Shown: piece by piece, positions 1-9,329 of the stretch
Layout of the letters: every line of letters starts with the position of its first letter
Position numbering within the stretch: the stretch's first letter is position 1
Assembly: GCA_001275005.1 (NCBI GenBank)
Contig: JWZX01002453.1
Location: 1-44,094, forward strand
Source: Chrysochromulina tobinii
Taxonomy: Eukaryota
DNA length: 44,094 nucleotides
Direction of reading: 5' to 3'
Program-made: the position numbers and the translations under genes
The notes under the pieces: generated by a model
Database searches by the model: none
Seen by the model: the letters and a program-made list of their open reading frames with translations, nothing else
What the model was told of the DNA's origin: nothing

Positions 1-353
1 CGCCGCAGCAGCGGCCCGTGCGATGGTGGATGCAGCGACTGCAGCGACGCGCGACGCGGCAGTCCAAGCGGCGGTGGCGGCGAACGCAGTTCAGATCGTG
101 CTCCATGGTAAGTTGGTACCGGTAACTTGCCAGGTGGAGGCTAGGCGGTGCATGTACAGGTTTATGTACAGGTTGGTCCTGTTTCCTGTAAATTTCCTGT
201 ATCCGCCCCGGCGACGGGCGGTGTCTTCGAAACAAGTGGGTTCTCTTCTTTTCCCCTCTTCACGGTGGGGTTAACGCGCGGCCGGCCCTGAAAGGCAAGT
301 TCCCACAGCCGGCCCCCTCTTGTACAGTAGTAGGTTCCTAGCCGTGTGCGAAG

Positions 354-3300
354 ATGACGGTTCCCTCAGCAAAAGGGGATGTCGACTCAATCGCCACGAC
401 CACCTTCATGAACCTGCGCAAGCGGTTCAAGGATGACGAGCGCCCGGCGGGGCTCCCGAGCGCAGTTGTCGCCATGGTCATCGGCGACGAGAGCTGGGTG
501 ATCGATCTGCGCGATGGCCTCTCAGCGGAGCAGGCGGTGTCGCGCGGCGAGGCGGAGGCGCCCGATGTCAGCATCAAGATCTCCATGGCAGATTTTGCAG
601 CTCTGCTCGACGGGCGGCTCTCCGCCTTCAAGGCGTACACGTCCAAGCGGCTTGTGGTCACGGGCGAGATGCGGCTGCTGCGCTCCCTGTCGTGGCTTTG
701 GGAGCAGCCAACCGAGGCGCCGCCGCAGGACCAGGGCGCCACGCGCGTGCGCGTGACGGACGCCAAGGCGAGCGGCGACCACGGCACGTACCGTGTGCAG
801 ATCGAGGAGGGCGCCGCGTGCTGGAGTGTCTGGAGGAGGTGGCGCGAGCTCAAGGAGCTCACCATGGCGCTGAACGCCGATTTCGGGCGCGGAACGCCGT
901 TCAACCTGCCGCTGCCCACGCTGCCCATCACCGTGCGCCATTCCACCTCCTCCACGCTTCTTCGGCAGCGCCAGCAACAGATGGAGGCGCACCTCAACTG
1001 CTTACTCACGCTCATCGCGTGCTCGCCGCGCACGGGCACTGGGCCAGCGCCGCTGCTGCACTTTCTGGGCTCGTCGCCGCATGGCAACCTGTCGGCGCCT
1101 GCGGACGCCGATCTTCTGGCTCGGACTCTCTCCTCCGAGAGCAGCGGCAGCCGTCCGGGCCTGATCCCATGGACTAAGCTCGGCGGCTCGATGCATGCAA
1201 ATCTTGCGTCGATGGCGGATCGCTCGATGGCGTCGATGGCGTCGATGTGGTACACGGTGCTGCCGAGTGGCCTGTATGGTCTGCTACCGCGCCGCCCGTG
1301 GGGCTCCGAGCCCGCGTACCCCCACACCTCGGGCCGCGATCCCTCCGGCGCAAAGTCGGCCGCCCCCGAGCGCACCGGCCAGGATGGTGGTCACCCGTAC
1401 CATCCCCCTTCGTACCACCCCGCCTCACCCCCCGCCTCCCGCCCCGCCTCCCACCCCGCCTACCAGCCCACCTACCAGTCCGCCTACCAGCCCGCCTACC
1501 AGCTCGCCTACCACCACGCCCCATACTACGCCCACCCTTACTACGCCCACCATCCGTCGCCGCATGCGCGATCGGGCGGGGACGAGGAGGACGAGGGCTT
1601 TGGGCGTGACGAATCCTCGACGTCGCGTCCTGTCCCCGACGAGGACGACAGCCACGTGCCTCCCATCGAGCGCCATGTCGAGCGCTTCTCGAGCGGCCAC
1701 GCCCCTCCCCCCTCCAGTAATGGGCACGTTCACGTTCACGGATACGCCAACGGGCACGCCCACGGCCACGCCCCCGGCGGCGGCGGCGGTGGCGGCGGTG
1801 GCGGCGGCGGTGGCCACGGCGGCTCGTCTAGCGAGAGTACCAGCCGCCGTGCCGTCGAGGCATGGGGTGCGTCGACTAGCCTTGGGTACTCGCAATTGCT
1901 TGACAGCGTGCCGCTACATCAGCTGCGCCTGCAGCTACAGATCGATACGCAGGCGGCGCAGCTGGCGTCGCTTTCACTGCGCCTGAACATGACCATCGTG
2001 CTAGGCTGTTCTGCGCTTGGCCTCGGAGGTGCGACCACGTGGTGGTACTGGTACACGTGGCGTTCGCACGTCTCCCTGGGCGCTGTGGTGAGCGCATCAC
2101 TTACGGCCGGTACCGCCGCGCCGGGTCATCCTCACCACACGGATCACTGCGACGCGGGTGCACCCGCCTCCACCTCCACCTCCGCCTCCGCCTCCTCCTC
2201 CTCCATCCTCTCAGACGACTCGGCGGCGGCGGTGGCAACCACGGAGTCGGAGCCGTCAGGGATCGAGCCGCTGGAGATCGAGCCGTCAGGTAGCGGCGGT
2301 GGCGGCCACGTCGCGGCAGCCGACGCAGTGGCGTGGAACGCAGCGGCGTGGAGCCAGGCGTGGAGCCAGGCCGGCAACGGTATCCTCTGGCTCGGAGTCG
2401 CCATTGTCATACTCGGCGCGGGCGCATGGGGCTGGTCTCGCGGGCGTCGTGCGGCGGGCCGTCCGTCCACCTTGTCGGGCGAGTACGCCGGATGGCTTCC
2501 ACCTCGGATGACGAACCCTTCGCTCTCCCTCGGAACGCGGGTCACGCTGCTGCTGCGACAGGTACGTGTGATGATTCTGTTCAGCCGGCTGCTTCTCACG
2601 TACTGGGCTTGCAACACGATCTCGCGCCGTATCTCGCGCCGCTCGGCGCTCGGCGAGGCCGACCCTAGAATTGCGACGCTGTGGAAGCGCACGCACGCGC
2701 GCGCATCCCGGTTGATGCGTGCGCGCTTCACGGCGCTCGGCGGTCTCTTCGTCAAGTTGAGTCATTACGTTGCGGAGCGCTCGTCGGTCCCTCTCGAGAT
2801 CACCGAGCAGTTGGCGCAGGTAACGGACTCACCCACGGTGCAGCCCGCGAGCGTGGTGGTCGCCTTGTTGCAGGAGGAGCTGGGCGCCGACGACGTATCG
2901 CGCCTCGCGACCATCTCGGCCACTCCGCTCGCGGTCGCCTCTGTTAGCCAGGTGCACGTGGGCTGGCTCCAGTCTGGCCACAAGGTCGCGATCAAGGTGC
3001 AGCACCCGGGCTTGGCGGATACGGCGGCGCAGGACCTGTGGCAGGTGCGCCGGATCGCTCGTACGCTGGGCTGGCTCGACCCTTGGCTGGACTACACCCA
3101 CATCGTCGATGAGACGTGCGACAAGCACGCGCGGGAGGTCGACTTCCTCCTCGAGGCGACCCACCTGCGTGAGATCCGCGCCAACCTTCTTCGCGCCTCG
3201 GTGAGCATCCTGGTGCCCGAGGTGCTCGCGGCAACGCCACGCGTCCTCGTGCTGCACCTATGCGAGGGCAAGCCGCTGCCCATCGTCGAGGCGGAGGCGC

Positions 3301-5640
3301 GCGCCCGACACGGAGCCACCGAGGTCTCGATCGACGAGCGCCGGCAGCGTGACCTGCTCCTGGCACGCGTGTGCGAGGCGTGGGCGGTCATGGTACACGT
3401 GGATGGGCTCTTCCATTGCGACCCGCGCCCGTCCAATCTGCTGCTGCAGGAGGTGCCCGGCCTTGGTCCCCTTCCCGTGCTGGTCGACTTTGGATTATGT
3501 AAGCAGTTGGAGCGGGGCGAGCGCCTGGCGCTCTCCCGCGCCGTTCACGCGCTCATTGAGACCGACTGTGACATGCTGCACGAGGCGCTCGCCACGCTCG
3601 GCTTCCGCTTTCGACGCGAGCCAGAGCCGTTTGAGCTGATGCGCGACTTGCTCGCGTACGTGAAGGAGGCGCCGGGCGCCGCGCCGGGCGCCGAGGGCAG
3701 CTATGAACCTGTGATGCTCGAGGGCATCCCGCAGGTGGTGATGTCGTGGGCGCGATGCCTCAACCTGCTCCACGAGCGCATCCAGGCACTCGACTCCTCC
3801 TTCCCACTGCTCACGCCGATGGGTACATGCGCTACGCAGGCTCTGCTCTCGCATGCTCGCTCCGAGCGCGCGGCGGCCGAGCGGCTGCGCCGCGCCTCTG
3901 AGCGGGAAGAAGCTGCCGCCGCTGCCGCCGCCGCCGCCGCCGCCGCCGCCACCGCCGCCGCCGCCGCCTCCGCCGCCGCCGCCTCCGCTGCCGTCAACCC
4001 CGTTCTACGCGCCGCTAGCCCCGAGCCGCCAGCCACGAGCGTCGCAACCAACCCTGAGCTCCACGCTCAGCGCATGAGGAGCAGCGGTGCTTCAGAGCTG
4101 CTACCCCCCGCCCATCGACGCAGCAAGAGTGGCGGAGTGGACAAGATGTTGGGCTCCATGGTGGGCGAGTACGCGAGCGCGTACCCGCCTCTTCGCCGAC
4201 GGAATACAGGAGAAGAACTCGAAGCGGGCTTCGAGGCAAGCCACGGCGCGGGCAGCGAGTCTGTGGCGCCGCGTGCGTCTCCAACGAGCTCGGTGCAGGA
4301 GCGCGTCATGCGGCTCATGCAGGCGCTAGCTGACACAGGCGAGCTGCTCGGCGCACAAGCTTGCCTCATCGTCAACGGCAAGGTGCTTGTCGATGCGGCA
4401 GCCGGCCAGCTCGGGGTCGTCGACCCTCGCCCCGTACGCTCTGAGAGCCTCTTCCAGTTATTCGGGGCCGGTTCGTCGCTCCTCGCCACACTTGCGCTCT
4501 CGGAAGCCCAGCGCGGCGCGCTGCGCCTCGACGCACCTGTCGCGGCGGTCTGGCACGCCTTCGGGGCGGCAGGTAAAGAGCAGCTCACTCTTGCGCAGCT
4601 GTTGAGCCACCAAACCGGGCTTGCGGGGGTCGCGCCCGACAAGGCGCCGCTGAATGAGATCTGCGACATGGGAGCCATGTCGGCGTTCGTCGCGGCGGCG
4701 AGGGAAGACGAGGGGGCGTTACGGGAGGCGCACGCAGGCATGGCGGTGCACGAGGGTCTGCCGTGGGGCTGGGCGCTCGCCGGCGTGCTCGAGGCCAGCT
4801 CGCAGCTCGCACTCGAGACACTGCTCGAAAGGCGCCTTACACGCCCTCTCGGCCTGCAGCACGAGCTTGCGCTCCGGCTGCCCCGGTCTGAGCTCGGCCG
4901 GGTTGCGAAGCATACGGCCGTGCCCACTCATGAAGGACGCCGGCCTCGACGTCGCCGAGCTGCTCGCGAGTGGCCTCGTGACGCCCAAGCCGGGCGTTCC
5001 ACCCTCCGAGACCTCCCCTCAAGGCGACAGGAGCCATGAGGGGCCTCCAAGTGCCCCCTCGGCAACGGCGGCCCCCTCGGCGCCGGCTGAGTCGGAGGGC
5101 ATTGATTTTGGCAAGCTCCAAGGCCTCAAGCAGCTCGAGCTGCTCAGCACCTTCAACATGAAACGGCTCATCACCTCGGTGCTACCAGGAGCCTCCGCTC
5201 ACGGCTCCGCACACGGGCTGGCACAGCTCTACGCAGCGCTCACGGCAGGCAAGCTCGGCGTGCCATCCTGGCTTCTGGCGCAGGCGCAGCAGCTCGCGCA
5301 GCCGGGCAAGGGCCCCGCGGGTGAGCCGGTGCGCTTCGGCCTCGGCTTCCAGGTGGGCAGCTGTGTCGAGGTGGCCAAGGTGCAAGGCATCGAGGTGGGC
5401 GCCCTCGTGCGCCCTCTCGACAAGTTCCTCGAGAAGATCGACAAGGTCGATCGCACGCACAAGCTCTTCGTGCTCGGGCACGCTGCTGTGGGCGGCACGA
5501 TCGGCTTCTGCGTGCCCGACCGCAAGGTAGCCCTTGCGGTGACCGTGAGCAAGCTCACGCCCAACAAGGTGGCCGTCAAGAAGCTCGTGGAGCTCATGAT
5601 GGGCGAGGTCGGTCTCGGCTCGCCGAGCGGGTTTTGGTAG
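354..5640 (+). CDS. Multidomain protein: SCP2 sterol-binding domain + PX domain + TM segments + ABC1/UbiB atypical kinase + beta-lactamase-fold domain; probable 1-nt frameshift near 4923-4925
   Basis: SCP2-like segment 'WVIDLRDG...APDVSIKISMADFAALLDGRLSAFKAYTSKRLVVTGEM'. PX-like segment 'TYRVQI..WSVWRRWRELKEL...LPTLP...RQRQQQMEAHLNCLL'. ABC1 motifs ASVSQVH, VAIKVQHPG, EVDFLLEA, FHCDPRPSN, DFG. Lactamase-fold motifs GAQACLIVNGKVLVD and LLSHQTGL. The overlapping ORF 4654..5640 supplies the lactamase C-terminus (FGLGF, GHAAVGGTIGF, LAVTVSKL). Deleting one C in gtgcccactcatg joins the two frames. Confidence 0.85.
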
Positions 5641-6518
5641 TAGTTTGCGTTGTACAGCCGTACAGGTTGCTGGTTGGAGAGCGGTGGTCAGGTTCCGGCA
5701 AGCACGACTCGCTAACCAAATAACCGTGGCTGACGGCTCACCTGACATACCTCTCACCCGACATGCCTCGATGCCGGATGAGATCGGATCATCGTTCCAC
5801 GAATGTATCGTCAATCCCGGAGAACTTCTAGAACTTCCGTGTACAGGTGTCGTGTATACGATACATCCCACATCGATACTTGAGATCGGATCGGATCTTC
5901 ATCTTGCGTTGCATGGGGCGTGGCTTCGCACCGCACGGGGTTCGGTTCGTCTGTCGCGGAAACCCATTGAACGATTTACCCAAGGGCGGGGGATAGGGGA
6001 GGGATTGATATCAGGATTTGCACTGAATCCTCATTCGATCCCTTTTCCCAAACTGAGTGACCGGGTGTCTCCATGCCGGGTGTCGTCCGAGTCGCGCGAT
6101 CGGCCAACGCGCTGTCGAAACAATCATATCGTTGGCAGGCGAGGGTGACCCAACGGTGTCGCTCTCAAAGCTACCGGTGCAACGTCTTGATTGTCCGTGA
6201 CCGTGTGAACGTTAACACGACAGACGCGACAACCGTGTGTGAACCGTGAACGGTGTGTGTCGCCCCGGCTCCGCCCGGTGTGTCTTCTAACTGCACACGG
6301 TTCACACACAGATGAACAAGACCGGCACCGTTATACGAGGACGCGAGTATGTCAATGACACGAATGATCAGACAACTATTGTTGAAAAACTGGTGACAGG
6401 TGAGCAACCACTAGATAGCGTCCTAGCGTCGTGCACCGCGCGCGCGCCGTACTCCGAAGCGCGACCACACCGTACACGCTTTGTATGCCTGGGGGTATCC
6501 CTCTCGCCACGTGTACGC

Positions 6519-9090
6519 CTAGGAGTCCACAACTACCACTTTCAAAGCAGAGGCAACCAAGGCAGCGAGGGCCTCCAAGGTCTGTTGCAGCTTGTCCTCC
6601 CGCTGTGTGAGAGCAGAAATCGTCGTGCGCAGTTCATGTATCTCATCATGCAAGCTCTTGAACTCCGTCTTCAGCTCCTCGCCGAACGGTTGAACTGCGC
6701 CACCAAGGGGCCACTGGCTACCGGGATCTCGTCGACCATGCCGCCGGACAAGTTGTGTTTGCGCACAGCCGCCTCGTGGGCACGGTCGAGAAAGTCGCTG
6801 CTATATAGCTCCGTAGAATATAGCCTTCCCTTAAACTTGAGATTTTTGATGGAAGAGTTCGTCAACCCCTCGATTTCTTTCACGAGTCGCGCTTGTTTGA
6901 TGAGGTGTCTCCTCATCGCAAGTAAGATCGTGAATCGTCGCACCTGCAAGAAATAGCAAGATGAGACGCACAGTCAAGAGTCACGTGGGGCAGTGCCGAA
7001 GCGCGCAGCAGAGAAGCGGGGTGATCATCTCAAAGTTGAGGGAGACAGAGAGCGTGCTCACCTTGCGTTGGGCGACCGGGCACTTGCTGATGACAGTAAT
7101 GAGGTCCTGCTTGCTAATTCTTAGCGCAGATACGTACGACATGGCGCAGGCCGAGTGCGGCAAAAAATAGCTCTCGTCGTAGAGCAGCACATCGTCACCC
7201 CACCACATGCCAGCCGTGAGCACACGTCCGCCTAAGAGGACGATGCCGCGCATGACGACATACAGATAGCCCTTCACGGCCACTTCGCCCGTAGTGAAAG
7301 TGCGCGATGTCATCAACATTGCCAAACGCACGAGAATGAGGTCCTCGGCGCCTTTCAAAAACGAGATTCTAGACAGCCAGTGCTTGTTACTGCGCTCTCA
7401 TGGTGGCGTGGCAATAAGGAATGGGGCGTCAGAGTCAGGACAGAGTGCTCATGGTGGCGTGTGGCAAGGAGCAGAGTTGTTAAGGGCGGTCAGCAGAGAC
7501 ACACGGTCCGGCCTGAGCGATGCTGCTGCTGCCGTGTAAGGCGGTGCGAAGGGGTGTCGCGTACACATGCATAACCACCTCGATTTGGAGGGCGTCACTA
7601 AGCAGAGGCAGGACGGAAGCGGCATGGAACTCCCTCAGCTTCATCTCCTGGGTCTGGTGCAGGTACTCGCGCATGCGTCTGGCTATCCCCGCTGGCAAGT
7701 TGTTCGTGTAGATGTAGCTATTCAGGCTGTCCAGGCGCTGTCGGAATTCGATCACGCCAGGGTCCGCATTGGTCGCCACGTCGCAAAACATGGCGAGCAC
7801 TTGCGTCCAGATCAAGGCACCAACCAACACGAGGGTCATCACTACGATAGTCTCACCCTGACTCATTGAGGACGGGTAGTGATCGGTGCCTCCGGTGCCG
7901 GTGATGACCATCAGCGACCACGAGAAGGCGCCAAGGTACAAAGAGCCTGGGTTCGCACCGCCGCAGCCAGCGATGCTGAGTTCAGCCGAGGTGGTCGGAG
8001 TCATGGATGCCGATGGCACTACCGGGTCTTTGCAGTAGCCGTAACGCTCCGAGCCGAGCCACGTTGACTCAGGCGAGTCGTGTAGAGACGCTTCGAGAGC
8101 CATCACGCACGCATACCAGTGCGCTCCTATCAGCGTCATCGAGATCGCGCGGGAGACGGTCTTCGTGGCGTAACTAATGCTAATCTTAGTCTTCCAGCGC
8201 TTGTAGACCCTCGAGGCGCGGACGAGCCGCACGAGCTTGACGAGCCGGACGGCGCGCAGCACGCGCAGCACAACAACCGCCCCAACCCCGTCACCCACCC
8301 CATCCTCGGTGGCAGCTGTAGCCGGATCGGGTAGCACCGTCTGGTAGATGTCGAAGTCGAAGGGCACAAAGATGGTTAAGGAGTCCACCGCGAACCAACC
8401 GCAAAGGTAGTGGCGGATAATGAGTGAGTGGTCTTCGACCCAAATAGAGCCGCCGCGATCGTCTCGGGTCTCGTAGGCGACGAAGAATTGCAGCACCAAG
8501 TCGAAAAGAAAGACGAGGTCGAGCACGCGGTTGATCAGGAACCAAATGTCGGCCCACGCAGCAGGACCGTAGACGGTTCCAATGAAACCGGCCTCGAAGG
8601 GGGTGATGATTGCAGTGTAGAGCAGTGCCAGCGTCGTGACGACGTCCCAGTAACCGAACCAGGAGGTTCGTCGAGGATGCAGAACCAGGCGATTCGAATG
8701 CTCTCTCGATGCCAGCCACCTCGCCATGTTCTGGGTTTGTTGTCGGTACTTGTTGGCCAACGTCATGCCGTGCCGCTTTTCGTACAGTTTGCGCCGGAAC
8801 GTGCGCATCTCGAGTCCAGTTTTGGGCCACGACGCTGTCCTAGTGAATCCGCCTTGGGCTGCGCTCACCCCTTCCACGTACGGCATGGGTAGCGTTCGGG
8901 GAGAGCGCCTGCCAAGCGATGGGGCACTGGATCCCCATCTCGAGTGGCGAGGGCAGCGTGACAGCTCAGGGATCGGAGGTCCTTGGTTCCGCGCGGGCGG
9001 GTTGTCAGCGGGGATGATGCCAGCGGCGGGAACGCTGCCGTCAATAGCTCCGGCGGCGGGAAGGCTGACGTGGTAGGGGGCTCCGCTCAT
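6519..9090 (-). CDS. Voltage-gated cation channel with cyclic-nucleotide-binding(-homology) domain (EAG/HCN/CNG superfamily), spliced
   Basis: S1 'WDVVTTLALLYTAIITPFEAGF', S2 'NRVLDLVFLFDLVLQFFVAY', Arg/Lys-rich S4 'LRVLRAVRLVKLVRLVRASR', pore 'WSLMVITGTGGTD', C-linker 'FRQRLDSLNSYI..NNLP', CNBD 'LYVVMRGIV..GGRVLTAGMWWGDD'. Exons 9090-7565, 7389-7062 and 6943 onward join in frame across GT-AG introns. The literal frame stops at 6671; a coiled-coil tail in another frame ends at 6519. Confidence 0.88.
6944..7061 (-). other. GT-AG intron 2 of channel gene (118 nt)
   Basis: Donor AAG|gtgagc and acceptor ttcttgcag|GTG join KCPVAQRK to VRRFTILLAMRR. Confidence 0.8.
7390..7564 (-). other. GT-AG intron 1 of channel gene (175 nt)
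   Basis: Minus-strand donor GT|gtacgc and acceptor gcgcag|T give ...MHV-NKHWLSRISFLKGAED in frame. Confidence 0.8.
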
Positions 9091-9329
9091 CCTCGTGCTG
9101 TTACAGGCAGAGTGAGCGACAAAATGGGCTTTCCCTGCAGGCTTTCCCGTGCACGGACGGACGGAAGGAAAACATGAAATTAAAACAGAATTAAATTTAA
9201 AAAGAGAAAAAGAAGGTAATTACTTTGTTGTTATTTGAAATTGATTTCTCCTGGGGATCTCCGCGTCGGACCGTACAGTACTCTTTTTACACGTAGACGT
9301 ACCCGTGCGGTTGGTGCGGTTGCGCGGAA

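Noticed and set aside
1..274. GC-rich window start and 83-aa ORF 23..274
   Set aside because: It could be the edge of a neighbouring gene, but no frame gives a supportable product.
4290..5640. Beta-lactamase as an antibiotic-resistance gene or bacterial contamination
   Set aside because: It is a domain of a eukaryotic ABC1 fusion, lacks SxxK, and sits among intron-containing eukaryotic genes.
5645..6956. Plus-strand ORFs 5645..6148 and 6312..6956
   Set aside because: Neither has motifs; the second is largely antisense to the channel's last exon and coiled-coil tail.
9175..9245. Sharp AT-rich island
   Set aside because: It lies between the helicase 3' end and the channel start and is consistent with an ordinary terminator/promoter spacer; no specific element can be supported.
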